Shown here piece after piece: positions 1 through 13,151 of a stretch of DNA of 64,000 nt (position 1 is the first letter of the stretch; each line of letters starts with the position of its first letter). The notes below the pieces were generated by a model. The model was given only the letters and a program-made list of their open reading frames with translations, was not told the DNA's origin and made no database searches. Position numbers and translations under genes: made by a program. Origin of the DNA: Gordius albopunctatus (taxonomy: Eukaryota); assembly GCA_964276515.1 (NCBI GenBank), contig OZ193909.1, positions 16,306,001 to 16,370,000 on the forward strand, read 5' to 3'.

Positions 1-2556
1 GCCTCTATTTAATGTGGGTTTGAATCCCGGCGAACGTTCTAAATTTATGGATCGAGACCCGGAGAGGACAAAAATTTTTATTTTTTTTTAAATTAAATTA
101 ATATTTTGTTCTTGTTAATACCATTGATAATATAACTTTTTGACCGTCCGCAGACTACTGACCAATGAAAAAATGACCATTGGCCAAATAAATCCAAATT
201 TTTCGTTTTTCGTTTTTGAATAGTTTAACATTGAAAATTACCCTATGCCCTCCCCTACAAGGGCCTATGCCTCTATTGATATGGTTCCCTGTTCCCCTCC
301 AAAGGCTTATGCCTCTATTTAATGTGGGTTTGAATCCCGGAAAATGTTTTAAATTGCTGGTTCGAGACCCGGAGAGGACAAAGAATTTTATTTTTTTTAA
401 ATTAAATGAATATATTGTTCTTGTTAATTCCATTGATAAAATAAATTTTTGACCGTGTACTGGCTACTGACCATTGGAAAAAATGACCATTGGCCAAATT
501 TTGTTCGAAATTTTTTTTTCGTTTTTCAATTGGTATATTAATTGCTATGCAATTTTTATGATTGTTCCTGTTATTGCTATTATAAATTTTTGGCCGTCTG
601 CTGGCTGCTGACCGATGGGAAAAATGACCATTGGCCAAATTGTGAATCGAAATTTTTTTCCCGTTTTTTTGACTCTTATGATTGTTCCTGTTAATACCAT
701 TGATAATATGACTTTTTGACCGTCCGCAGACTACTGACCAATTAAAAAAATGACCATTGGCCAAAGTAAGCATCAAAAAATTTTTTCCGTTTTTTTTGGC
801 TATCATTGACTTATAGAGTATCTGTTGGTACTGACCAATGGAAAAAAATGACTATTGGCCAAAATGTGAATCGAAATTTTTTTATTTTTTTTTGACTCGT
901 ATGTATTTATAGACCATCTCTGGGTACTGAACAATGGAAAAAAATAACCATTGGCCAAAATGTGAATCGAAATTTTTTTTTGTTTTTTTTTGACTCGCAT
1001 GTATTTATACCCCATCTCTGGGTACTGACCAATGGAAAAAATGACCATTGGCCAATTTTAGTTTTTTTTGAATCGTATGTATTTATAGACCGTTGTAATG
1101 ATCTGAAACGTCGACATTCCCCCCCCCAGAGATGCATCCAGATTTTAAGGATTTGAAAGATTACGAAGCATCTACTACAATTGCTTGGGTCACCAAAATG
1201 TTTTTAGACCAAAAAATTTGCGGTTCACCCAAAATTCGTTAAAGAATCAGAGAAGTATTATGCTGCACAAACTGAATCCCTCAATTTTTGTTAAATTATC
1301 TATAATATATTCATTTTCTATTATTGTTTCATTTTATTATATAATAAACATAAAACACAACTTTATTATTTCATTATCTATATAAATAACATAAAAAATT
1401 CTACAATTTTAATACCAGCATTGTATGAGTGATTATAGCGAACAGTTTACTGACTCACAGGTTGGGTCGAGACCCGGAGAGAACAAATTTTTTTATTTTT
1501 TTAAAATTAAATTAATATTATGTTCTTGTTAATACCATGGATAATATGACTTTTTGACCGTCCGCAGGCTACTGACCAATGAAAAAATGAACATTGGCCA
1601 AATAAATCCAAATTTTTTGTTTTTCGTTTTTGAATAGGTTAAAATTGATAATTACCCTATGCCCTCCCCTACAAGGGCCTATGCCTCTATTTTTTTTAAT
1701 TAAATTAATATTTGTTCTTGTTAATACCATTGATAATATGACTTTTTTAAATTAAATTTTAATATTTATTGTTCTTGTTAATACCATTGATACTATGACT
1801 TTTTGACCTTCCGCTGGCTACTTACCAATGAAAAAAAGTACCATTGGCCAAATTGTGATCGAAATTTCTTTTTCGTTTTTTTTAACTCATATGTATTTAT
1901 AGACCGTCTCTTGATACTGACCAATAAAAAAATGAGGCCATATTATTTTTAAGTAAAGGCTCAAATTTCAAAATGCTTCTCCCAAAATCATTATAAAATA
2001 CGGAACCAATTTCTTGAATATTTGGTGATCAAAAAACGTCTATTGCTGAAGTGTTTTAAATCAGTGGTTCTTAACCTTTTTATACACGCGGCCCCCCCCC
2101 TCAAATATTTTATAATTTTTTTGCGGCCCCCCCCCCCATTTGTCATAATTATTTATATTTGTTAAATTATCTGTCGACGGGGTTGCAGCCATTACATGCT
2201 TGAAAGCATGATTAGGGCTTAATAAATATACAAGTAATATTTGCGCCAAACCAAGCTTATTTGCTGGGTGCGAGCGATATATACATTTAAACGTTACATT
2301 TGATTAATATTATATTTTTCATTATAGATTTGAGAAATGATATTAATTCACTATATTAATGCAAAATAACCTTTGCATTTAATACCCCCCCCATAGAGAT
2401 TCTCGCCCCTTCCCACCTTTCTCGCCCATAAATTGCATAGCAAATATGCTACTTTTATACAGAGTATAGAAGAGTTCCCCCTTCCCTTCCCCCCTTCCCT
2501 TTCCCTACTCCCATTGCCCCCTTCCCCTTACCACGAGGGCCGAAGGCCCGAGTTTT
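1..2556 (+). mobile_element. Non-autonomous element with complex internal tandem repeats (~310-bp modular unit); copy 1, left end outside the window
   Basis: Modules CTACTGACCAATG-A(n)-TGACCATTGGCCAAA, CCCTATGCCCTCCCCTACAAGGGCCTATGCC and GGTTCGAGACCCGGAGAGG recur, with a 310-bp period between positions 1 and 311. The ~180-bp right end (2375-2556), ending CACGAGGGCCGAAGGCCCGAGTTTTT, is shared with 58448-58630. Superfamily not assignable (Helentron- or Crypton-like by inference). Confidence 0.65.
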
Positions 2557-3000
2557 TAATATAATTATGGACACGATAACGAGAGACATTCTAAAGCCAT
2601 CACCATGGTATATGCTATATGCCGATGATATAGTACTAGGGGTCTGAGACAAAGGGGAAAGTATTCGAAGAAGTTTAAAAGTGGGAGAAGCTCTTAGCTG
2701 GATATGGTTTACATGTCAACAATCAAAAAACGATATATATGAGGAATCCATAAGACCGTGTTACTCTAAAAAAATGAAACATAGGTATTTAACACCACGG
2801 AAAAAAGTAATTACAAGCCACGAATATGAGAATGATACGGAAGAGCTTGGGGTAAACTAACTCGACCATATGACGAATGACTGGCTTAAAGCAAAATTCT
2901 CTCTTCAACCAATAGCGAACCTGATTAATGAAAATTGACTATGGTGGCATGGCCATATACTAGCAAGAGAGGCTAATAATGTAAATTAAAAGGTCAATCC
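2557..3000 (+). mobile_element. Degenerate RTE-clade LINE reverse transcriptase fragment
   Basis: Translates to NIIMDTITRDILKPSPWYMLYADDIVL (YADD catalytic motif), then stops/frameshifts; homologous to other RTE copies in the window. Confidence 0.8.
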
Positions 3001-3353
3001 GTTCATATGAATATTGTTGTATAAAAACGGTGAATTTGGATTAATAACGTGAGTAGAGGGAAATGGAACGCGCTATTTCGGACACTTATCGTCCATCTTC
3101 AGCGAAAAAAATAAAAAAGAGAAGATGAAGTATCAAAAAATATTATTTTTTAATCTCTATTTATATATTAAATACATTTGTTCCCCTTTTCGTTTATTTT
3201 TTTAGCTATTTATTTTCGCACCTTTTTCCCTAACTCCGTGTGTACCTATTTTGTTCTTATAAAACATCCATCCCTAAAATCGCTATTGTTAATTTCTCGC
3301 TATAACCAGTCTTTTTATTTTTCATTATTTTTTTTTATATCTATATCATCGCT

Positions 3354-3553
3354 TTGAAGGTATAAAGTGCAAATAGACTAGTCAACACATAGGGCAAAAG
3401 GTCTAACATTCGCCACTTTGAACCAACTTATTTTACGTATAGGGAAAAAAGAAAACTTATTTGTGTTCACCATAAAATGTCTATCATGTTTTTCGTTTAA
3501 TTGCACAAGACCATTTATGTGTTGACTAGTCTATTTGCACTTTATACCTTCAA
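3354..3553. repeat. 200-bp element bounded by perfect 38-bp inverted repeats (MITE-like)
   Basis: TTGAAGGTATAAAGTGCAAATAGACTAGTCAACACATA at 3354-3391 and its exact reverse complement at 3516-3553. Confidence 0.8.
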
Positions 3554-4321
3554 TATTTTATAATTCAAATTATTTTTAAAAAATAGCAATACACGTCTTT
3601 TAATAAGGATTAAGCTAATATTATTAATTGGATAAGAACTCACTATATGTCTAATCTCAATATTTTAAAATTCAATAAGTATAATTGTGCCAAACCCCAG
3701 AAGGCTCCATTAGACCTTTCTATATATGTAAGATATTATAATACGGTAGAATTGAAGTCCAGTCACTCATTTTAGATTTATAAAGTGAGTTCAATGAATT
3801 TATCCTTTTTGTTACCTGTAAATTATTCCTATATTGCCAAAAGTTGAAACTAAAAAATATAATGCACACTACTCAAAATTTTTGCAGGAGAAATAATGAA
3901 GTGTTGTCATTAGGCTTGATTCTCGAAAAAAAGGTTGCAGAGGAATGGAATCGACATTAATTAAATATATTTAAGAGCTACGACTAACATTGAATAAGGT
4001 TATACGCGAAAGCACTGAAATTAAAGAAGGAAAGCACTAAGAACCTTTTTCTTCGCATTCGGTCTATTCTTTTTTTTAACTCAAAAAAATTAACTTAGTA
4101 ATTTATAATATTACATACCATCCCTATTTGATTCAAGCTATGATTTCGCCAAAGAAATTTAAAAGCTTTGTTCGTATTGCGCGTCAATAAACAAAGCAGA
4201 AAATTAAGAAATAATTTATTGGAAAAATTTCGGATAGCTCAATTAGTAGTTAATTTAGTCTAAATAATTTAAAGTAATTATTTAAACTAATCAAAAATAC
4301 ATGTTGGAAGAATAACAAAAG

Positions 4322-4828
4322 AATTAATTAATTTTTTATTAAAGTTATGGAAATGGGAGTTTTCCGCATTTATAGATCACTAAAAAACTTTAGCATGATC
4401 TCTTGCCATTATATGTGAGGCTATTTTATGACTTAACCACGCACCGCTCCCATTAAATTAAGAGCACGAAAAGTGTCGTCGAATATACTGATGCAATCTA
4501 TCTATTATTATAGATCAAACACAAGGCATAGAGTTTCAATATATGTTGTGTATTAATTTTATTAACTAATAAGCGTGTAAGTGATGGTAGATTGGGGATA
4601 AGAGGAAGTCTACAATTATACGCCTTTTAAAAATCGATTGTGGCGGAATAAATTAGTATATTCGACGACACTTTTCGTCCTCTTAATTTAATGGGAGTGG
4701 TGCGTGGCGTGTTTAAGTCATAAAACAGCCTCACATATAATGGCAAGCGATCATGCTAAATTTTTGTTAGGGATCTATAAATGCGGAAAACTCCAATTTC
4801 CATAACTTTGATCAAAAATTAATTAATT
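4322..4828. repeat. Foldback element with ~170-bp inverted arms
   Basis: 4322-4489 is a close reverse complement of 4655-4828 (e.g. GTTTTCCGCATTTATAGATC / GATCTATAAATGCGGAAAAC), with a ~165-bp spacer. Confidence 0.85.
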
Positions 4829-7222
4829 TTTTTTCGGGTCCATAGAAATAGTTAAATCTTTGCATCTAATACAAACTTAAACCGTTCGAGAGTATTTATG
4901 ATTTACGAAAGCTTTGTTGTACACTTAATGACTCAGGAATGTATGAAAGTTACAATTAAGTCAACTATATGTAAGTCATCCAATTCGCAACAATTAATAA
5001 AGTTTAAAAGTGATAAAATAATTGCATATATTCAATATTATTATAAATACGTTAAAAATTTTACCATTTATCGCTATATCCTATCTCCTCCATAAAAGAA
5101 TTATACAAGGATGCAAGAATAAATATATTTATTTTTTCTCTAAACAAGCATGAAAATAATATTCATTAAAATGTTTGGGGAAGGGAGGCGAATAATTTGA
5201 AATGACCTGTCTCGGTAGGCAAGGAAGGGGTAGGCAAAATGCTATGGAGAAATTATATTGGCTAATTATATACACCAACTGAGCAGTCCCTAAGTGTTCT
5301 AATTACGAATTTATCGATTTTTGCACAAAGGTAAATACAACATGAAATCAATGTTTCTTAAAGTGGGAGTTGTAGGGAGACGGAAATAATTGGTATACCT
5401 CTTAAAGAATGTATACACATTTTAAAAGCTTCCGATTATTTAGTAAGGGTTATATATTTGGATTTTGTTTAAATTAGCAATTTTAAAATCATTCATAAAA
5501 AGGCACGTTGTTTTACCAAGGGGAAAAACTGCAAAAGACCATTTATATAATTAAGGCATTTTTATTAATAAAGCTGGGATTTCGATAATTCTGGGTAACT
5601 ATATTTAAAACCTTGAATATTAGATGAACAGGAAATAGTATGAGAGCCTAATATGAACATCGATGGTATTGTCGATGTTTGAATTGGATTCCGCTTCCGG
5701 TGTATGAAGTTGGAAAAAGAGGTTGTGCTGTGTAAACAACAAAATTATTTAAGGAACTAAAATTCATTGATTATGTCCAGACTATCTTGAAGGCTTGTCG
5801 AAGTAATTTCTAAAATTATTGTTTCCTTAGGTTCATCTCAAAAATATGCAAATGTCTTCTTAAAAATGTGATGGGTAGCTGTTATACTCATAGGAGGTTT
5901 TATAAGCTAGTGAAATTGTTATTCCTTTCCCAGGTATATCAAAATAATCTGCTAGTTAATTTTGATAACTTTATTATTACATAGTTTTATCAATCACAAA
6001 CCTTCCAGAAAATTATATTTTTCAAATTTGAACAATACTTTCTAAAATCTAATTTGCCATGTATAGTATCAAAAATTTTGATCCAAATGCCCATATCCCA
6101 TTTCTTTTAGCTTTATTTACATCTATACAATTATTTTCCATAAATAAATCTTACTTTCCTGAATTTATAAGGATAAGTATGTTCATTTAATTTATAAATT
6201 TGTTGTTGAACTGTTTCAAAAGAAGCAAAGTTAATGCTTGTTTTGACATGCCCAATGTCATTATAATTGTCACGTTACTCCTCCTTTCTCATAACCTTCT
6301 TGATCTTTGTTAAATTAAAATATCATTGAGTTTTTTTGCATCTAACCACTCACAAGCATTATTCTTTCCTCCTTTCTAAAAATATCTTTACCCATTACGT
6401 ACTGCCTTATGGAAAAATTTTTAAGTTGCTACTAAAATTGCTCTCCCTCCCACCAATCATAATTTAAATTTTATTTGTCTCTCCAAAGATGGATATTGAA
6501 CACAGTCTTGCCCCTGATATAAATATTGTGGAAGTAGCTCTCAGAATAATAGCGTCTCGTTATCGCTTTCCCGTTTTGATATTTGTCTATGAAGTAAAAT
6601 GTTTTTCAAGTTTGAGATTCGGGCTTGAGATCTAGCTGGTCTACCAAGTCCCACCAGAAACATTTACTTTATTCTTTTGTTCTCGCTCGGGCTCTGCATG
6701 GCTCTACCTGTTCCCCATATATTTCTAAACTTTTGCTCACGCTCTTAGTCTAACGCTCCATCCTATGCCTCTATTATATCTTGATATTTGCTTATACTTA
6801 ATTACTTTCCTCTTTCTCCCTCTCCCTCCTTGTCTCCCTTTTATATGCTGACGGGGAAGACATTGACACCTAAATCAACAAGCCTCGGCAACAACTGGGA
6901 AAAAACGTCTTAGCGAACTGAAATCCACAAACTACTTGTGAAACTCCTTGTCGTGATGAAGAGAAAGGACTTATCTTCCCATACTTACATAACCAGGGGC
7001 CTGAGTCATAGTCCAGCGCCCAAACTAGTAATCCATGGATAGCCTCTAGTTCCCGCACCAGAGTCTCAAGGGAGAATCGTATCCTTATTATTCATACGCT
7101 TTTAGTAGTCGCATGCATGCATATGCTTTTCCTTTAATGCTTTCTGCTACTAACACAATAATAAATTAAGCTCTACATAATAACAAACTAACCTACTAAC
7201 AACTGGACAGGTAACCTACCAA

Positions 7223-7530
7223 TGGTGTCAGATGGGACTCAATATAAGCTTGCCGATTTAGCTAAGTTCTGATTTGTCATCGGGGCTTCTACATACATCA
7301 GGTAGGTGTCAGATGGGACTCTATCTTAGCTTGCCGATTTAGCTAAGCTCTTGAATGTAATCGGGACAAATACATATTTACAATGCATAATAAAAACATT
7401 TGTTACAGGAACACTAAACACGTTAGCAATAACGTGGCCTTATGCGCCAATTGGCGTGAGAAGGGGCTCAACCTTAGATTGCACTTACTAAGCTCTTGGG
7501 CGTCTTCGTGGCAAACAAAAATACATACAT
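7223..7530 (+). repeat. Three diverged ~80-bp direct repeat units with a conserved internal hairpin
   Basis: GGTGTCAGATGGGACTC..AGCTTGCCGATTTAGCTAAG at 7224 and 7305; diverged third unit at 7452 (TGGCGTGAGAAGGGGCTC..CTTAG..CTAAGCTCTTG). Confidence 0.7.
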
Positions 7531-8261
7531 AATAAAGCTGGATTTGCGCTTTGCATAGTCGTTCATTATAAATAGTAAATGCTCATTAAATTGAAATCAT
7601 TCTTCGCTTTATTTTAAATATTTAAATTGGCTTTTTGCCGATAGTAATTTAAATATTTGCACAAAATTTGTCACGGTGAATAAAATGGCCCTGAGATCCT
7701 TAATATGAATGGTTTTTAAAACTATTAATTTCCTGTATTTTGTGATCATAGGATTTCATCCACAATTAACTGCTTGATATAGTTGTTATAATTGTATTTG
7801 ATAATATTAAAAGGATAATTAAAATATTGTGATTTAAGTCGATTTTACCCACAACTAATTTGTTAACAATTTGATGATCTCTGCATCTAAAAGGAAATTA
7901 ATTTTAGATTTTTAATTAATTTATATCAAATGGTGCAGTAAGACTTAGTCGGCATTATGAGAATATAGATATAATACAATAGCTCTATTATATTCAGGGC
8001 TTCATTTAAACGGAAGCCTATTAATTGGGTACTTATTAAATTTATAAATAATATAAATCAACCTAAAAAGGTTATGCAAACAGGTGGCTGAATGCCTTAT
8101 CGATTTTAAATTGGCAAAGGAGTTATTAAAACATTATAACAAATGTATATAGTATCTAAGAGGAACATAATTTTTGCCAAATTTATCCAACAACATGTAT
8201 TGTTGACAGTTTTGTAAACTCAGTAACGTAAATAATGTGGAAAATTTAATAGGGTAATTAA

Positions 8262-8420
8262 CATGGGCGTAGCCAGCTTTGAAATTAGAGGAGAGGGCAA
8301 TAATGATTTAGGGATGTTTAGGGAGGGGAAAAATAAACATTTTTTGAAATATTAGCCACATTTTTTTGGATTTAGAGGGGGGCAGCCGCCCCTCCCTGCC
8401 CCCACTTGGCTACACCCGTG
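8262..8420. mobile_element. hAT-type MITE, CATGGGCGTAGCCA family
   Basis: TIRs CATGGGCGTAGCCA / TGGCTACACCCGTG; flanks GTAATTAA / ATAATTAA (7/8 TSD match). Confidence 0.85.
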
Positions 8421-8755
8421 ATAATTAAAATATGATATTATTAAATAGACCTTAGTGTTAAAGCTTTAAAACTTTGATAAATTTATTGTGTAAACTTTTA
8501 AGTATTATTAAGCTCAAAATATTCCTGTTAACTACAGTCAACTATTTTTATTTAAGCAAGTGTTCCTTTAAACAAGGATATTTTGATACAATAAGCCTTT
8601 GGTAAATTTTTTAAATATGACAATATTTCTAAATTTTCAAATTTTCCAAATAAACATACATGATTTCAACCATAAGATCATATATATACGGCGATTTTTT
8701 ACCTAAATTATATATTAAAAGATAAATATGATGTGCATAGTTTTTCAATTTACAG

Positions 8756-8789
8756 GATCTTTAAGTTACAAAGAAGGCTACGAAGAACG
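8756..8789 (+). CDS. Candidate isolated 34-nt micro-exon of an unknown gene
   Basis: Acceptor TTTTTCAATTTACAG and donor GTAAGT; one frame reads (G)SLSYKEGYEER. No partner exons identified. Confidence 0.3.
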
Positions 8790-9885
8790 GTAAGTAAATT
8801 ATCTATTATTTTAGGCAAAATAAAATTAGAGTAATTTTTAGTTAAATTTTGCACTATTTCGGTTACGATACTTAGATATCCTAAATAATCTTTAAATTGC
8901 TGATTCTTTTAAAGCCTGCCTTTTTTTAAACTGGAATATACCATTTAAGATGGTGCAAACGTGTCCGATAAAAACTGCAACCTCCAGCTCAAATTAGATA
9001 TATGACGGATAGATAGTTTTTATATTATTAAAGTTATGGATTGGCTTTAAAAGATGGTTAACTATGTAATTTTACACATATTATTGCCTTGAAAACAATT
9101 GTCTATGATCCACTTTCTTTAACCAGAGATTAGGATATTATAGTTATATGCGGACGCGTTGGATGTTAGTAGAGAGGCAGGATATTTGGCAGACAAAGTT
9201 TTATACGGTAGTTCTTTCATGATACTGGGTTTCAGAAAATATAACCGCAATTCTCTATTAAAGAATTGTGTCACAGAAAATAAATTAGAATTTTTATATA
9301 GACTCTCACTTCTAGAGTGACCTGTAGTGGAAGCGCTTACTACAAAGCGATAATAAAAAACGGTTTTTCAAAATCTTCTGGGCTGTAAAACTCACTCTCG
9401 ACTTATAATATTAGGTTCCAGTTTAATTTACACATTGTGACTTCCCTTTCGTAAAGAATATCCTATTTATTATTATTAGGCTTATAAATTACAGTGTTTT
9501 AGACTATATATATGCAGACTTTTGATTTGAAATATTAAAAAGTAATAATTGTAAATTTTATCTCTGCAAACCCAATTATTTAGACCAGGGCTATATTAAT
9601 TAATTTAAAAATTTTAAATCTATTTTTCGGTCAGGTACTGATTTTAGTATAAACCTTAAAATAGTTTTGATTATATCCTAATTTATTAAACGTTTATAGG
9701 TCTTAAAGCTTTTACAAGACTTTAATAAATAAATTTGTAATAAAGCATATTATATGTCAAGTAATCTCGTTGTTGAATGATCCAGGGCAACCTTATCTAA
9801 TTTTCCTATAATCTATCTTAGGGAAAATAACACCTTGTTTTTTCCTTTCATTTCAATAATTAATATCAACAGATTGATTTTCTTA

Positions 9886-10020
9886 GGCTTGAAACGGGTG
9901 GTTTAGTCTTTGAAGCAAAAGCTCACAGGTTCAATCCCGCCTCTGGCACTTATTTCAAAAAAGATTAAAAATCACATCGTCGCCACGGCTGTCAGGCCTG
10001 GATAGCCTAGCATCACCCCT
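9886..10020 (+). mobile_element. tRNA-derived SINE-like element
   Basis: B-box-like GGTTCAATCCC at 9928, followed by core ACGGCTGTCAGGCCTGGATAGCC; a homologous copy lies on the minus strand at 17949-18090. Confidence 0.6.
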
Positions 10021-10309
10021 TATCCAAATATCTGAAGAATATGACCATCTTAGTGTGACAGACACCTATTGGAAATTGGAAATTGTTTAGGCCCTAAGGC
10101 TGGAATCGTCTTATATCGCGACATTTAATTAGATTTGGCTAATATTGGATAATTGTTTGTTATATTACAAATCTAAAACAAAAACGATCGAAAAAACATA
10201 TTTAATCATTCTAAAAACGTTTTTGCATATTTATATAAATAAATAGTCTCATTAATAATTACTACATTGTTGACTTCCAGCCAATTGTCAAGTATTTTTA
10301 AATGCTTAT

Positions 10310-10550
10310 AACACTGATCAACAAATAATGGACTTATAAAATCAACCGGCAAACTGCGGATTCTGGTAGAGTTTTATACGATAAGTTTTGAAATATTTAT
10401 TGTAAAAGTTACTAAAAACGGCATCCTTTAAACGTCAATAATTTGCAAAGCAATAGGTAAAATTTTAGTTTTATAAATTTGATTTATAAATAAAGGGGAG
10501 AGGAATCCATTAAAATCTTTTTACCCTAACTTTATTAATTTTTGATAGAT
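10310..10550 (+). repeat. Single arm of the long-TIR element family (AAATCAACCGGCAAACTG)
   Basis: Matches the arms at 43962-44210 and 44430-44678 and the fragment at 37265-37470. Confidence 0.6.
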
Positions 10551-11783
10551 ATTATAATCTAACTTATCTCTATATTTTTACATTGGAAAATTGCTTAGAC
10601 TTAAGGTGTCCTTCTATTCGCTTTGACATTAGGAATTGAGTGCGTGTTGTTTACTACTACAAAATACTAATGATTTGTTAATCTTATAAACTTTCAACAA
10701 TAACTAAAATAAGAGTTTGTTGGAACATTGTAATTTTCATTGAAATCCAAAAAACTAATTTAAAATTAAGTATCTAGCAATTTTAAGTAAAACGCTTAAG
10801 TGGTTGTAAAATAAATTAAAATTATTATAATATTTTGTGTTTGTAATCATCTACTGTCCTATAATAAGGCAAAATATTATAATAACTTTAATTATTCTTA
10901 ATACATTTATATATTCTTGTTAATTTTAAATTCATTTTAACAAATTTTTTTAGTTTTTGTTAACAATTAACGTTTTTCTTCTAGATCATTTCTAAGTTTG
11001 CAGGAATTCTAATTCATATAAATTTTATGGATGGTAAATATTATTTTGATGTTCTGATCTATTCCTTTTGTAGGGTATTTTAAAACTTAGCATATTAATT
11101 TGTCGGATCCTTAATCAAATTAAAATATCCCAAATGATGCATAGATTGTAAGAATATAAATAAAGGATTATTTATTAAATTTTGATTAACTTTTAATAAA
11201 TATTAATTACAAAGCCATCATAATAAAGGTAAAAATCAATTGGCATTAAAAGTGTTTGCTTAAATAATTTTTGGAGAAGAGGTTCAATTTTTAAATTTCT
11301 GAGTTTTTTAATTAGTTATTATAACTGTAACATTTAATAAATTTATGCCACCAAATAATAATTATTATTTTTGATAATTATTTAAACAGGCAACAAATCT
11401 TGGGTCAAATAAGCTTAATCGTCTATTTTTGAATTTTATTATTTATTATATCGTTAATCATAACTTAAACGGGGTTAATAAAATATCCCCACATCAGAAC
11501 ATATATTTATAAATATGATTTATTTTAAAGAAGATGGATTTAGTCCTAAAATATTAAACCATTTATTAAATACAAGAAAAATAACCCATTTCGATCTTTT
11601 TCTCAAGATCAGAGAAAAATCGTGAAAATCTCTTAGAAATCGCCGTCTAAAATAGGCTGTAAAAAGACATGGGTTTTGTTTACCGATCTTTGGTCTTAAT
11701 CGACTAAACCAAAAACAACAAAAATACCAAAGGTATTTGGTCTATTTTTGGCTTAGTCAAAATTTGAGTAACAGACCAAAGGT

Positions 11784-13151
11784 CAGTGGCGTACGCAAGG
11801 GGGGGGGGGTTTTAGGGTTCAAACCCCCCCCCCCCCCCGCGGATTTCGAAAAAATATTTTTTATTTTCTAATATAGCATTATATAGTAAATATTATAAAA
11901 TGAGTGCTATTTAATTAACTATGGAGAGCTATTATTTTCAACCCTAAAAGGCAATATTTGTTTGATTCAATTGTAAAGTCTTCAGATTCCAAAAATTTGA
12001 CATTAAAAACTCTCTGTGAAACAAGATGGGTTCAAAAGCATCAAGCAATAAACCGCTTTTTTGAATTAAGAGATTCAATCATCACAACCCTTGAGCAGAT
12101 TAGTGAATGGGCAGACAATGATTCCTCTTCGTGTGCCATGCTATTGGTATCAGCACTTAAAACTGGCCATTTTTGGTTATCATTACACACACTAAAGCAA
12201 ATCTTTGCTTATACTTTAAATCTTAGCATTCATTTGCAAAGCGTTAACCTGGACTTATCACAGGCAATAAATGCGGCCGAAAACGTTGTGGAAGCTATTA
12301 AATTAATTAGAAATAATTCTCAGGTAGAGTTTTCCAGGATTTTTAAAGATGTCACATTGATGTGAAAACAATAGACTTTGAGATTTCGATTCCCAGAGGA
12401 AATGTCCAACAAACCCCAGAGGCTTATTATAGAATAACTCTGTATAATGCATTCTTAAAAACTTTTTTGGTAGAAATGGACACAAGGTTTCTTGAGAATA
12501 AACAAATTCTCATGGGATTTCATTCTTTACTACTACAACCACTTGTAAAGCTATCTGAAGTTAAACTGGCGAACTTTTTGAATTTAGCCAATTTTTATGG
12601 GGATGATTTGAATGGGAATCAAGAAATTTATGAGGCTGAGATTAAACTCTGGTATCAATCTTTTAAAGATTGTAACCCTGAAGTCCTGCCTTTTAATGCA
12701 CTAAAAGCATTGTGGGATTATAATTCCAAGCTGCTTCTATATCCAAATATAAGAGTGTTATACAAGATTTTAGCAACACTCCCAGTAACAACGTGTTCTA
12801 ATGAAAGAAGTTTTTCTACGCTGAGAAGACTTAAAACTTACTTGAGGAATAGAACTGGGCAAGAGAGGTAAATACATTTTATTACAAACTCTTAATTTTA
12901 TATAGTCTTATAGGTTTGACCTTGTTGAATATTCATAGAGATTTAATTCCAGACATTCAAGATATAATCAATGAATTTTTATCTAAATCGCGCAAATAAT
13001 TTTTTCCCTACTATTTATTTTATAAAATTATATGATATGACGTTTATAATAAATATTTTTTGTGAAAGTGTTTGTATTTAAATAAATTGTAAAATTAATA
13101 TGATTCTGATTTAAAAACCCTCCCCGCAGAAAAATCCTGCGTACGCCCCTG
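11784..13151 (+). mobile_element. Internally deleted hAT DNA transposon
   Basis: TIRs CAGTGGCGTACGCA / TGCGTACGCCCCTG; perfect 8-bp TSD CCAAAGGT; carries a transposase remnant; inserted into a CCAAAGGT/GTCGAC-rich repeat. Confidence 0.92.
11940..12999 (+). pseudogene. hAT transposase C-terminal part (ZMYM1/PRKRIR-like), frameshifted
   Basis: LKTLCETRW motif; dimerization domain YPNI..LATLPVTTCSNERSFSTLRRLKTYLR; frameshift near 12362. Removing a GT-AG intron at 12868-12905 continues to SLIGLTLLNIHRD..RK*. Confidence 0.88.

Noticed and set aside
155..1385. Cluster of short ORFs with repeated LANGHFF peptides (also 56889-57773)
   Set aside because: Translations of the tandem repeat modules on both strands; no coding signature.
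1..1935. Regularly spaced palindromic repeats resembling a CRISPR array
   Set aside because: Intervening sequences are themselves repeated rather than unique spacers; eukaryotic context; no cas genes.
3888..3960. Possible plus-strand terminal exon (RNNEVLSLGLILEKKVAEEWNRH*) after TTTTGCAG
   Set aside because: The nearest donor (GTGAGT, 3785) has an in-frame stop shortly upstream; no recognisable homology.
5190..5330. VGKEGVGK, resembling a small-GTPase P-loop
   Set aside because: Lacks the following S/T, the frame closes within a few codons, and no other G-box motifs or splice sites are seen.
5900..6600. Possible minus-strand RT relic (YLG-like motif near 5930)
   Set aside because: Too degraded to support by eye.
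9901..9950. Functional tRNA gene
   Set aside because: No complete cloverleaf; followed by a repeated core, so treated as a SINE-like head.
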